From Takakia lepidozioides (taxonomy: Eukaryota > Plantae > Bryophyta), in the NCBI GenBank assembly GCA_030704615.1, contig CM060733.1, forward strand, positions 23,374,001-23,438,000: a stretch of 64,000 nt of DNA, in the 5' to 3' direction. Below the pieces are notes generated by a model. That model was not told the origin of the DNA and searched no databases. It was given only the letters and a program-made list of their open reading frames with translations. The position numbers were made by a program, and so were the translations under genes. This document shows positions 37,696-51,000 of this stretch, piece after piece (position 1 is the stretch's first letter; each line of letters begins with the position of its first letter).

Positions 37696-39377
37696 GGGTC
37701 CGGGTCCGGTTCCGGGTTCATTTACCCGGGTCAGGGTCCGGGTTTTTTGTGATAGCACGGGTCCCGGTGCGGGTCCGGATAACCCGGATCCTAACCCGTC
37801 GGGTACCCGCCTTCAAAACCCGGACCTGCACAACATGTCCAGAACCCGTTAAACCCGCTACCTGCGGGCCAATGTAGCGGGCCAGGGTCTTAATTTTAGA
37901 TGTAGGGCCCACCCCCGAAAGGGGCCAGTAGCCGCCAGGCGAAGTGGCTCTTAGTTACGCCCACTTCGGCTGGGAGTCTTCTCTCTCTCTCTTTAGATGG
38001 GGCATGCGGGGTCCACCTTAGATCTGGTAGGTTTTGTTGTACCATAGTAGGAAGGCTGATCCGGCAGTGAAGTGCCGAATATTTATTTTCTTTACAACAA
38101 AACACTTCCGCACAACTTAAGGAAATTTCTAGATTTTACGGCAATGCCACGATGAGATTTTAAGTAATTCGGGGGTGACTCCCTGCATGAACTTGCTCTA
38201 TCTATTGTACCATTATGTACCAACATTCAGTAGCTTAGATGGTTAAGTGCACTGAGTGCCACCCAGATGATTCTGGGGTCAAATCTTGCTACTGACGGGT
38301 GGTATGTGGTTCCTGGGCGGTGTCCCACTTATTTGCCTCCATGGCGCATAAATGAAAGAGGTTATTTTCTCCTCTCACTACTAAGGGGCCAAATTTGTGA
38401 GCTGGCGCTCCCAGGTGTTTCCCATTTTTTTTTTTTAAAACAAAAAAAACAAAACAAAAATTTATGTGGGTTGTTAAGAGCCATGAGAATGCACTGATTA
38501 TTCAGCCAATTATTCTAGGATTTCTCAGAGCTAAGGAAAATATTTTCCTAGAGCTTTATGCCTTGAAACATGCATTTGGAGATTTGATATTTGGAGTTTG
38601 TTTGAGATTTTAGGCATTTTTTTGTAAAGTTTCTGGAATTTTGGCAGTTTTTCCTAAATTTTCACTTAATTATTAGGCAGATTCATTTCTAGTTATTTAG
38701 TGCCGGATCAGCCTTCCCAACTACCGTATGTGTGGAGGGGACGAGCAGCTATAGGCCACTGCAGCAGCCAGCCCCACCACGTTGTGGGCCAATGGTAATG
38801 ACCTCAAAAGCGGTTGTTGGTTCAATCCACGGAGTGCTGTCACAAAGTTGTGCCCTATGGGACCATAATTTACACCTCTCAAAGAGGCGTCATATATTAT
38901 TATTAGGCCAGATCCCACACATCCATGCTATAGTGATTTACCCTTGAGGCATATTACTATTCTTAACATGTTTAAAGAATTGATATTGAAAAATAGAAAA
39001 TGGAACTCAAACTTCTATTTTAATTCTTATTCGTGGTATACATATCCATATTCATGGTATATTTTGAAGGAATGTCTCTTAGAAAAAAATTCATTATTAG
39101 GATTTAAAGTTTTTTCCAGCCAAAAATAATTTTATCCCTAATTAATCTTATTTTTATAATTTATTTAATCAATTAATTAGGACCTGGATCCGAACCCGTG
39201 AACCCGCTAATATTTCCGGACCCTAACCCGAGTCCGTGTTGACAAACCCGGACCCGAACCCAGACCCGAATTTTCCAAATTTCAAAAACGCGGATCCGGA
39301 CCCGGATTTGGCTCCGAAAAAAAACCCGCACCCGGACCTGGCGGGTTCCTTGAAAAGGCAGAACCCGCACAACACTG
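37696..39377. mobile_element. hAT MITE copy 2, rearranged and interrupted
   Basis: 38720-39377 is the reverse complement of copy 1's left part and ends in TIR ACCCGCACAACACTG. 37840-38030 continues it. 37696-37836 is the other terminus in flipped orientation. Confidence 0.8.
38228..38460 (+). mobile_element. tRNA-derived SINE
   Basis: A-box TAGCTTAGATGGTTAAG, B-box GGGTCAAATC, shared body, A-rich tail. Confidence 0.65.
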
Positions 39378-41376
39378 TGCATTTGTGGCGTGAGGGTAAG
39401 GTTGTGTCTGCCACACGTCAGCAAAAATGACCTGGGGGTAGTTTGATGGGATTGCCAATGGGGGAGGCGAGTGTTGGAGGCCGTTGGAGGTTACCGTTGC
39501 AAGGTTGTTTGGTGTACCCCCAGTGGAGATGCTCTAAGGGTTTAATTTTGTCCCTTCAAATAATTCTGAAATAAAGTTCTCAGAGCCACTCTCCCCTCTT
39601 CTGTTTTTTTTTTAAGAAAAAAAACAAGCCTCAAACGGCAATTGGCTCTCTTGCTTTGCTTTGGCACAACATAAGAGGAAGGTAAGACGGGAGAGCACGA
39701 CTCAGCACAACACACCAATCAGCGCTTGACACGGTGTAAGGGACTTTGACCACATTTTCTACATGGACTTGCATGTCTCCGCAAAGTCTTTCTCTACAAG
39801 AGAGCCAACAAAGGGAGACAATAGGAATAATGTAAGAAACTAATGGACACTGCGATCTGATGGTACTTGCGGCGGATTCCTGAATCCCAATGGGTTTCAA
39901 CTTGCAGTGTTGTATTTTGACAGGTCCCTACCTTTTTTTTGTGACAGATTTTTTTTTAAAAAAAAAAAACTCTCACTATGACTGTGACAGACAACTTTGA
40001 GAAAATGCCTTTCACATGACATGTTGACAGATTTTTGACCTTTCACACTATTTTGTCATATGAAATTAAAATGAAAAATGAAAAGAAGTGTGAACTTCTT
40101 GCAACTACAATTAGTGACGCTCCAATCCGTGAATACATATGGTATTGTCTTTACTATTTTCATGGGTTCCAACGTTCCGGCCCAAACATGTAGCATTCGT
40201 ACCACTTTTTCTCTAACTGTAGGACTTTAGCATTTTTAACCTCTTCATCTGAAGTCCCAAGCCTCTCTTCTTTGAGAGATATTTTCTTGGCTTATCAATG
40301 AGCTGCCAGATGATTGTAAGTTTGTAAGTAAAGATTTAGTTTTCCCATATCATCTTCGTTTTTTAGACTCCTACTCCCCCCCCCCCCCTTGCAAGGTGTT
40401 CCCTTTCGACACGCTTTTACGGCCTTCTTGGAGGTTATTTTTTCCTCCATCTGTTCTGCTTTATACGTACATTTTTTAATAAAGTACCCAGGGCCACTAT
40501 CCACTGTTCTCTTTAAATGTTTTTAAAAAAAATCATGCAGGATGGCCGCGTCGAATTAGGTGCAGTTGTTTGAATATGGCACCTCCTCCACAACAAATGC
40601 TTTTGAAATAGGATCATGAGATGGACTCAAGAAGATTTTTTTTGGCACTGCTGTGGCTGCGGGTACCCCTCTAAGGGAGAACAAGTCAAACAGGCACTAC
40701 ATGTTTTGAACTAGCAATTCATTTTGGCCGCCAGACTCCAATACTTAATTGTGCATTTTACAAGGGTGTATCGAGAGTGAAGATCCTAAACGGGAAAGCA
40801 AGTGCATGCCCACATTATCCAAAATGGATTCGAGCCAAATATCCGTCTACGCAACACCCTTGTCAAAAAAAAAAGAAAAAAAAATTAAGAATGGAGGCTA
40901 GAGCACGCATAGGAAACAAAGAGGGAGAGCCTACTTAGAGGTTTAAGGCTTGAAACACAAAAAAGAAGGGCTGGCAGTGCCTCGGTGAGGCTCCCCTAGG
41001 TGGAACTCGTTAGATTAACAATAACTAATAACAATTTTTACCTTTTTTAGCCTCTCCTAGGTGGACTTAGTAATAAAATTACCCCTAATTATCAGAAATT
41101 TCTGCCTTTCTTTTGACAGGCTATTTTTGTTTTTGACTTTCACTGTTACAGGCATTTTTTTCTCGTTGCCTTTCTTTTGACAGGCTCATTTTTTTTTTCC
41201 TTTTTTTGCCTGTCAAATGCCTTGTGACAGGTGCAAAAATCAGCCTTGGTTTCAAGCTGCGGTGGGTAGTGTGATGGTAAGGTGATTGCATTGAACTTGC
41301 ATGGGTAGATGGTCAACTGGAAGCGGCAGCAGAGTGGCACAATTGATAAAATCAGGTTGAGGTTCCAGGTTGAATT

Positions 41377-42103
41377 CAGTGTTGTGCGGGTCCGGGTTTT
41401 GAAGGCTGGTACCCGGCAGGTTAGGATCCGGGTTACCCGCACCCGCACCCGGGCTATCACGAAAAAACCCGGATCCTGACCCCAGTTCATATTAGAAATG
41501 AACCCCCAACCGGACCCGGAACCGCTTGCTGGGTCCAGAACCCCTTAAACCCGCTACCCATGGGCCTATGTAGCGGGTCAGGGGTCCGGGTCTTAATTTT
41601 AGATGGGCCATGCAGGGTCCACCTTAGATCTGGTAGGTTTTATCATATGTGTGGAGGGGACGAGCAGCAATAGGCCACTGCAGCCAACCCCACCACGCCC
41701 ACCACGTTGTGGCCCAGTGGTAATGGTAAAGAATTGATATTGAAAAAAGAAAATGGAACTCAAACTTCTATTTTAATTCTTGTGTTAAATGAGCAATACA
41801 TATTCATGGTATATTTTGAAGGAATGTCTCTTAAAATAAAATTCATTGTTAGGATTTAAAGTTTTTTCCAGCCAAAAATAATTTTATCCCTAATTAATCT
41901 TATTTATTTAATTTATTTAATCAATTAATTAGGACCCGGATCCGAGCCCGTGAACCCGCTAACATTTCCCAACAACTACCCGGACCCAAACCCGGACCCG
42001 GATTTTCCAAATTTCAAGAACCCGGATCCGGACCCGGACTTGGCTCCAAAAAAATACCCGGACCCGGCGGGTTCCTTAAAAAGGCAGAACCCGCACAACA
42101 CTG
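41377..42103. mobile_element. hAT MITE copy 3 (reverse orientation, internal deletion)
   Basis: TIRs CAGTGTTGTGCGGGT...ACCCGCACAACACTG. Exact 8-bp TSD GTTGAATT (41369-41376 and 42104-42111). Confidence 0.93.
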
Positions 42104-42486
42104 GTTGAATTCCTCATGGAAGGCTCTTGTAGTGTAACCCGGGTATTAGTATTCTAATCTTTGTAACCCCCCTCGTCTCTCATGTAACTCTAGATAGTCC
42201 ATTTTTATATACTTAGCCACAGTCAAATTTCGTGACCAAGTGTGGGTTACACCGACTGGAGTTACACTCCATCTGGTGTAACCGAGTGGAGTTGCAGATG
42301 TCATCGTGTAACCCAATGTAACCCCAAGTGGAGTTACACATGTCGTCATGTAACCTAGTGTAACCCCAGCTGGAGTTTACACTCCTTCAGTTCCATGTCA
42401 CTCTCAATAGAGGGTGGGGAAGATTTGACATGCCGAAAACCGGCGTACCATCCTGTCAGAGGTTGCACGTGTGAATTAAGTTCTTA

Positions 42487-42523
42487 CATTATCATTATTA
42501 TCATTATTATTATTATTATTATT
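42487..42523. repeat. (ATT)n/(ATC) microsatellite
   Basis: Directly visible. Confidence 0.85.
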
Positions 42524-42881
42524 AGTTTTTGAGAGAAAGGGGACTGAGGCCCTGCTCGAACTTTATTCCTAAGTTATTATCGTCCGCCAACAAACAAACA
42601 AACAAACAAGAAAACAAAAAAAGTAAAAACAAATAGGGACCAGCGAGACCCTGACAGTGAAGGAGAAGTTTTGTTCTGCAATTTGATCCAAACAAAAGCG
42701 CACTGAAGTAAGTTGATGGAAGAGTGCACACACACACATTGACCAGCAAGACAGCGAGGAAGAAGAAAGACAGTTGAGGTACGGTAGGCTACATACTGCA
42801 TACATCAGCTTGAAGACAGCTTGCCAAAGGCACTGGCTACGGTTGGGCGCTGCTGTTTTCCCAACAGAGGAAGCTCAGTCC

Positions 42882-45800
42882 ATGGAGCTGGGCATGGGGA
42901 CTATGATCTCACCGCTGCCACTCGAGGTTTGTAGGAGAGAGAGAGAGACAATCTCCAGGGGGTCCGATCCAACTACGGAAGTGGTCATGATTGCCTTGTT
43001 GACGATGGCTTTCGTGGTGGGTTGGAGTGGTTGCCCAGGAGCCGACGCTCAAGCAATACTGGGACCCAATTTCAGCCTTGAATCGAAGATCACTTTCAAC
43101 CAGACTTTGAGTTCGGCAAATGAAACCTTCTATCTGGGATTTCGTGCGATTCCGACTGATGCAACAACGAACTATCTCTGCGTATGGTTTGCTGGGGTCA
43201 CTGTTCATCCTGTGTGGATAGCGAACCGCGACAGGCCTGTCAAAGAGGGAGCCTCCCTCGAGCTTACCAGCGATGGCGACCTAGTTTTGTCTGAATCTGA
43301 TGGGACTGTTGTGTGGACTTCCAACACAAGCACATCTGGTGTCACAAGGGCCACCTTCTTGGATACTGGTGACTTGGTGCTGCTAAACAGTAGTGGGAGC
43401 TGGGTGTGGCACAGCTACGCGTACCCAACCGACACCTTTGTGCCAGGAATGACTGTAAGTTTACTTCCACTAGACTTGGCTTTCGAGAACAGGCTTGATA
43501 TTAATGTCCATCTGAAGCTCGAGAAACCAGCATCCAGGAACCTTCTCAGAGACACATGTATACCATAAGTTGGATGGCACACTTAAATTCTGTTTGATCC
43601 ATGACTAGCTTATTAAATGTTGACATGATCTGCATGTAGACAACTCACAATTCTCAGGAATAGATGGATGCGTGTTAGCCATTGCTCATGCTGGCTTTTG
43701 CCTCCTTCTCTGGTTTCTTCACCTCTGGTTTCTTTTTGGTCGGAGTGGAACCTCAATCATTTGCCTCATGGCTATATTTGTAAGGTTATTTTTTCCTTAC
43801 CTTATTAATAAAGCTTCCAGGCCACTGTCCCATGTCTCTTTTAAAAAATTTAAAAAAAAACTCAGGACTCACCGGATGGTTAAATATGAAGGAATTGATC
43901 CCGAGGTAGGATAATTTGTTTTGTAAAGGACTTCATCGGAATCATGGATATTGTTCATCTTCAAATTTGGACTTACAAATTGTGCAAATTTTGAGAATCA
44001 CCAAGGATATGGGAACTTAGATGCATGCATGTTCAGGATGCATGCATCTAGCATAATCTGTAGCTCCTAGAAGCTTGTAACTGCCTCTACAATGGTTGCA
44101 ATCCGGAGAGGATTTGACGCAATTTGTGCCTCCCTCATGAACATTCATTAAACATCCTCTTGTACCTAGGTGAGTACATTATTCATTGAACCTTTGTAAT
44201 ATGACACAATCCTGTACTGCTAACTTCTGAAATCGGTTTTTAACCTCGATTTTAACAAAGACATGTCGTGCAGCTGGGTCTAGGGGGCAAACTCGTCGGT
44301 TGGCGGGCATGGAATGACCCAGCAACTGGCCCTTACGCACTTCAGATGCTAACAGACAACAGTGGGCAGCTGGTCTTGACTTGGAATCTGTCCGTCCCAT
44401 ACTTCAACACCGGCCCCTGGACTGGCAGTGCATATGAAAATATTCCCGAGTTGGGCATTGTGGCCTATCCTGATAAGTACATCTTTGATAATAGCTCTGG
44501 CAGCCCTACCGTCTCGTGGACAACTGGTGGGTTTCGATCGAGGTTTAACAATCTTAGCTTAAAACGGTTTACTGTGGACGCAGACGGAGTTGCCCGCCAG
44601 TATATCTGGGACATAGATCCAAGTTCCTGGCTTACGTATTTCCTTGTACCCAAGCACCCATGCCAAGTGTACCGGGTGTGTGGGCAGAACGGAGTTTGCA
44701 ACACCGATGAAAGTTCCCTTGTTTGCAGCTGCCTTCAAGCTTTTGAACCGACCGATCCGAATCAGTGGAGAGAGAATCAGTTCTGGTCTCAAGGTTGTAA
44801 GCGGACACTCCCTCTGAATTGTAGTAATTCAGCTCCAGACAATTCAACGACGGACAAATTTGTTGCCCTGAATCAGATTTCATATGAAGGGGATAACAAT
44901 CTTCACTCTTTCATAGGCCAAAGTGAGACATGGTGTAGAAACAGATGCTTAGAAGACTGTGCCTGCACAGGGTACACTTTCCAGAATGATACCACCTCCA
45001 ACAACTGCTCTGTGGACACCAGCTCTGTTCTTTTTAATGGGCAAAATTCGTCCAGCTTCTCAGGATCGTTCTTCTTGAGAGTTTCGGCAGATTTTCAGAG
45101 CCAGGCAGTAAATAGTCCACCACGTCAAATATTGGCCCGGCGGCACAAGAAATCTATTACCTTGGCTGCTGTTATTTCAATTGGTTTAGTCTCCGGCTCC
45201 CTGGTCCTATCTCTTCTCGCACTAGTTTGGTGGGCTGTCAGAAGACATAATTATGCAGCCGCCAACCAGAAATCTTTAGACTACATCACCGGCGCTCTAC
45301 TACGATTCTCATATAAGGAGCTGAGAGTTGCAACAAATAATTTTAGTGAGCAGCTAGGAAAGGGAGGGTTTGGCACTGTGCACAAGGGAGTTCTGCTGGA
45401 CAACAGCATTGTAGCAGTGAAGAAGCTGGTGAGGCTTAAACAGGGTGAGAAAGAATTTCGCACGGAGGTCGCCGTCATAGGTAAACTGGCCAGCTACCTG
45501 CATATTATGTACAGGCAACTGTTATATAGCTGATGTTTACCTATTTTGATCTGGTCTTCTGTCACTGCCTTTGCGTCACGGTTAGAGTGCAAACAGTAAA
45601 ACTTGCCCAGCATGAATGTAGGGATTATACTGCACAGTTGTGTTGTATATGGCAGGTTTAGTGCCTGAGATCGTGACCCCGCCATGACAGGTACTGTTCA
45701 GCACATCAACCTGGTGCGCCTGCGGGGGTTTTGCACTGATGGTGTCCACCGCGCTCTAGTCTTCGATTATATGCCTAAAGGCTCCCTCGAAAAATACTTG

Positions 45801-46442
45801 TTCACCAAGAAGGCTGGCACTGAAGCGCCGCAAAAATTCCTTGATTGGAAGACACGATTCAACATTGCCCTGGGAACAGCCAGCGGCATCGCATACTTAC
45901 ACGAAGAATGCAGGATCTCCATTCTCCACTGCGATATCAAGCCGGAGAACATCTTGCTGGAGGAGGACTTCACTGCAAAGGTTGCAGACTTTGGCTTAGC
46001 AAGGTTTATGGGAGAAGATGTAAGCAGGGTGATAACAAACATTCGAGGCACAATTGGGTACCTGGCCCCGGAGTGGCTTAGTAGTGCAACCCTGACATCA
46101 AAGGCCGATGTCTACAGCTATGGAATGACGCTACTAGAACTTATCAGTGGACGAAGGACCATCGAGCTCTCTCTCCCTTCCGACAAATGGTTTGTTGCAG
46201 TATGGGCATTCCATCAGATGACGAATGGGGACTTTCGAAGCCTCACAGACGAGAATCTGCACACTGAGGATGTTGATCAGGAGCAGCTGGAACGGGCAGT
46301 GCGGGTGGCTTTGTGGTGTGTGCAGGAGCAACCTGATCAGAGACCAACGATGGGGAGTGTGGTGAAGATGCTGGAGGGCAACGTTGTTGTGAGCGATCCC
46401 CCTGTTCCCGTATCGTGGGAAGGGGCCGAAGGTGATCTCTGA
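42882..46442 (+). CDS. G-type lectin S-domain receptor-like kinase, copy B (paralogue of 14215-17579, shortened C-terminal tail)
   Basis: Exons 42882-43455, 44274-45480, 45691-46442. Same domain order and intact kinase motifs. A ~17-nt deletion after the kinase gives an early stop (EGAEGDL*). Confidence 0.93.
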
Positions 46443-47025
46443 GCAGATGACCAGCAGAACCCAATCTCGAGGCTCATCTCTCTTAGGCTGTAGCGTTGCT
46501 AACCTGAGGATCAACTTCAGCTATGACTGACTCAAACCCTAGGATTGACCCCTACTAGTAGGGGCTGGGACCACACGATTGTGGTCTGAAATTTTGACAA
46601 GAGAACTTAGGTGCTGGGATCGAATTCAGGTAATCCATCAAAATCCGAAAAATAGATAAAATACCACTAGTCGGTATGGATAGTGCAATCTTATCACATG
46701 GGATGAGGCACTGGTTTTTTTTTCACATTTGGGAAATAACAGGAGTGGCTACTGAGTTTTGCAGGAAATAGCCATAATTTTTGTTCATCCACTGAGATTT
46801 GGACAGAATCATCCTCATCTGTACTTGCATCCAGGTAATCATCCATATTAGGCGAATTCAGCCAATCTTTATATATTTTTTGGAGAATTTTGGAGATTTC
46901 ATCCATGAGAAAATAAAGAATTTACGACAGAATATTCCATTTTATTTTCTGAGGTCGAAATTTGGCGAAAATTCGCCAGCTAAAAAAACTCTCTCAGGTT
47001 ACTTTGAAATAGTAGCACATCAGCT

Positions 47026-47220
47026 GGTAGCTCAGCTGGTAAGTGCACAGTGTGTCGCCCTTGTGGTTCGGGGTTCAAACCCGCTGGTCTGGTGGTGACG
47101 TTTCCCACCTGTGTGCCTAATGGCTTATCTGAAAGGGGGTTAATTTTTCCCCCTCCTCAAGGGCCTGAATTGTGAGCAGTCACTCCCAGGTTTCCTTTAA
47201 AAAACAATAGAAAAAAAAAA
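47026..47220 (+). mobile_element. tRNA-derived SINE
   Basis: A-box GGTAGCTCAGCTGGTAAG, B-box GGTTCAAACCC, body GGGCCTGAATTGTGAGCAGTCACT, poly-A tail. Confidence 0.72.
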
Positions 47221-47224
47221 GTAC

Positions 47225-47460
47225 CAGCAGTCAGTAGCACAGTTGGTAAAGTGCACTGATTGCCATCCGGATGACCTTGGGGTCAAATCCTGCTACTTGA
47301 GGGGTGTGGTACACTCTTCTCCCCCTTCCATGCGCAAAGCTACTGCGCATCGGAAAGCTTTACGGCGAGGTTACTGAGAGGTTATTTTCTCCTCTCTCTA
47401 TCAAGGGGCCTGATTTGTGAGCTGTCACTCTCAGGTGGTTCCGTTTGTTTAAAATTAAAA
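47225..47460 (+). mobile_element. tRNA-derived SINE, in tandem with the previous one
   Basis: A-box TAGCACAGTTGGTAAAG, B-box GGGTCAAATCC, same 3' body. Confidence 0.7.
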
Positions 47461-48005
47461 TGATGCAACAAAAGAAACAGGGCTAATCCCCCGTTCTCTT
47501 AGAGAGAAAAAACAAAAACAAAAAAAAACAAAATAATGATTACTATTAGATGTACATATTGAGATTTCTTTTAATTGTTAGATGGTCGAGCGTCAAACTT
47601 TATTAATAAAGTATAGAAAGTTTGAAAAGTGGGTAACGCAAGAGTTGCAGAAATGTGAACCGAGAGTCAACCTACTGGAGGTTGCTATGCAGGAAGCCAC
47701 CAGTTACTAAAATCCATGGTGAGTGTCACTAAATTTGTGAACAAGTGGAATAAAGGGGGCCTGATGTGACGTCGATATCTACTCCACCCACGCCGATAGT
47801 AACACTTGCCTCTATGAACTTCTCTGCACCCTCCGCCACCTTCTTTCCCTCTTGCAGCCACTTTGAACCTGCCTACCATACTTGGCCCGACCCCCAACAT
47901 AGCAAACAACTACTCACGCTGGCTCTGGCTCTGGCTCTGGCTCTCAAACCACTTGTGAGACACGCTACTAGTGCCTGCCAGCATGTTGAAGACACAAGTT
48001 ACAAG

Positions 48006-51000
48006 CATGTGTGTATGTATGTATGACGCCAGCCGAAGCCAGCGTAAATAAGAGCCTCTTCCCCGTGTGGGTACTGCCCCCTTTCGGGGCTGGGCTCTAT
48101 GGTAACAAGAACCAGTTACTAAGCAGCAAGCTGGCCACTTTCAATCTTTCTTTTGTTGAGGATAATGGCTATTAGTGAAGTGATGGCCGTGAGGTGTAAA
48201 GATCGTAATAGAGGGGTGGTATATTTATGAGGTAGTTTAAGGTTTTCTTTTAGGATTAGACTGTTGTGACAGTGAGCTCCCCCTTTGACACCAGCGGTGA
48301 TAATTGTCAGAGGGGCAGTGTTCCATCCATATTGACGGAGGGCTAGAACTAGGGGTTCGTATTTTTCACATTTGAACATAATGGATTGGTCGGGATCTCT
48401 GTCATGACAGAACGCAAATTCAATGATGTGAATAGTGAGGGAGGGGAGTGGACCTGTTGGTGCTGCCGACGAGACGGGGAGTCCTTGGACAAGAAGAATA
48501 TCTGGGCATAATCTTGCCAAACATAGGCATGGGTGATTAGTGCATGTACATGGTAGCAACCATGAAGGTATTGTGTGGTCCGGTGGCCTACCTTGAAATG
48601 TGCCTGCATTAATGAGGTTGTACCATCTAGTTTTAGGGTGTGTGAGAAGAAGTTTATGGAGTTGTCAAACTCCTTGATTATGTCGAGTAATGTGAAGTCC
48701 ATGGATAATGGGATGTTTACAGTGGAGAAGAAGATGCGGCCATGTGTCCACTCGAGGGGGTTGGGGAATAGCATAATGTGCAGTGCTTATTAGGATATAA
48801 TAGAGGCCAAAATAAATTATGTCGTTGATTGCCCATGTATTGTCCGTATCGAAATCGGAGCGTTTGTTTAATTTGGGCATCAGTGATTATTGGAGATTTC
48901 CAGAAGTGATTAGACATATGGTAGAGCAGCTGAGGTAGCGTAACCCATTTGGATATGTAGGGTTTTAGATAGGTGGGCGATGCACGGATTTAGTCCATAG
49001 TTTCTTCTGTCATATATGCATGCAGGTCCCGAATGGGGGCTATGTCCGGGAAAAAAGCTTTAGTGGCTGTCAGCCAGAATGGATACGTGTGTGTCAGGTG
49101 AATAGGGTCAGTCAAAGAGAGCTTGTTGGTTGTGGTTGGACACTTGGGAGGCAAATCTTGAGCATAGCACTGGAGGAGTGTGGAAACTTTTTTCTCAAAT
49201 GTTGGCGGAATCTGGGGTTGCAAGCTAGGTAGGGGGTTTAAATTGGACATATTCCATAGCCAGTTCAATCTAGCAAGTGATATGCTTCAAATGTAGCAGC
49301 CTAGTGGTCCATATATGTAGGCAAGGCCAGCGTGGGTCTGGATCTTTGGGTGGGTGCAGAGAATATCAATGTCTGGGTTGCACTCGTCTAGAGAAATATG
49401 TAGGTTGGATACATTTCGTGGTGGGCTAATGAAACGTTTGTCAGAAGTTTGCAGTTCTGTAATATGCTGATTATGAATATGCGCCAAATAGTTAATGTTG
49501 GTTTTGCGGTAATAATCAGCTATCATTTGGATATTATGTTGCAATTGTTGTATTGATGGGCGATCAAAGAGGATGTCATTATGTTCCCAAGTGGCTTTCT
49601 TGTCGGGGTCACATTTCCATTTACACAGGTACATAGTATCAGCGCATGAGGCTCCATATTGGTCCACTCGCATTTTCTTAACGATACCCTGTATTTCTTG
49701 AAGCTCATAGTGGGGTTCCAGTAGGGTTTGTACTGACTGGGTTGTGTCAGGTTGTTGTGGATCCGTTGTTTGGGCAGTTATAGATTGAGCGGCGCTTGGA
49801 TGAGATATGGGGGCGACAAACAGTATAGCGAGTGGGGGGCGTGTAGGTTGGGAGCGGTACTGAGGTAGAAGCTCCCATGGATGATAGGGCGAAGTCGCAC
49901 AGTTTATGGGGCAATTATTTTGGCAGGCGGTTGTGGGGTAGCAGAAAATGGTTTGTAGGTAACCTAAGTGGATATGTTGGGAACGCGTTAATGGTCTAGG
50001 GTATTTTAGGCGAAAACCATGTGGGTTGATAAGCTTGGTTCCAGTTGCATCTGTTAATTGCAAAATTGTAGATATATTGTACTGCATAAAGAATTTCAGG
50101 GTGGTTTGTTTGTGGGGTCTATTATTTGAGGCATTGTTGTGGACTTGTATCCCATGCTATTTCTAGGGGTGAAGTGTGGAGTTGAATATTAGGTAGCGAT
50201 GTATTAATAATAATATGCATGTGTTTGAGGATGTACAAGGTTCTAAGGAGTGGCGAGTGGGTATTGCAGGTAATTGATGTAGACCTCCAAATTTAGAGGC
50301 AACATGTTGAAGAAGTCCTTGATAAATGCTTCCAAGCTTGCCAGGGTCATTTAAAGCTTCTTGAAGTTGTGTGCCCAGTGTTCTAGCATATGCTTCAGCT
50401 AGGGTTGTAGTTCCAAGGCCATATAGGTTTTGAGGTAGTTGTACCAGTGCGCTAGGGGCACTGTTTGGAAGACCACACATTTTTTTTGATAATCGTATAA
50501 TGTGCATGTCTAATGCATTTATGTCTAGGATTGAGAATGGGGTTGCATGGAACGAATATTCTATAGACGGCCTGATTACGGTACGGATGATAAACAATTT
50601 TTGGCGAATGATGGCCGGTGAGTTAGCAAGGTTGTAGCCTGTGATATAAGTTTGTTTCTTGTAAAAGTTATCTGAGTTTCCCAATTTAGCGATGGCGTCA
50701 TTTGTATACCAAGATACGTGTATGGGCTGTCCTGGTCTAGATATGGAAATGGGTGGTTATTATAGAGCACAGTGTTATGTAGTATTCTTGATATAGTCGA
50801 TGTATCATGTATGGTGTACGATTCCCATTATTGCACATTTATGTATGCTTAGTTCCATTGCCGCCCATGTATTGAATCTTTCTAATTTTCTAATTTGCCG
50901 GCTAAGATACGTGGCTTTATTAGAAAGTAAAACGAGGTCGTCTGCATAAGCAGATGTTGGGACATTATTTGGTGAGGTAATGTATTGGTATCCGAGGTTG

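Noticed and set aside
39904-41248. hAT-like element with TGACAG subterminal repeats
   Set aside because: TIRs match poorly and no TSD was found.
42130-42390. GTAACC/GGAGTTACAC short repeats resembling an array
   Set aside because: Irregular spacing and mixed orientation. Probably TE subterminal repeats; not CRISPR.
44018-44051. ATGCATGCAT palindrome in intron 1 of kinase copy B
   Set aside because: Short and low-complexity; too small for a miRNA precursor.
47026-47095. Possible tRNA gene
   Set aside because: Has A/B boxes but no convincing cloverleaf, and continues into a shared SINE body and poly-A tail.
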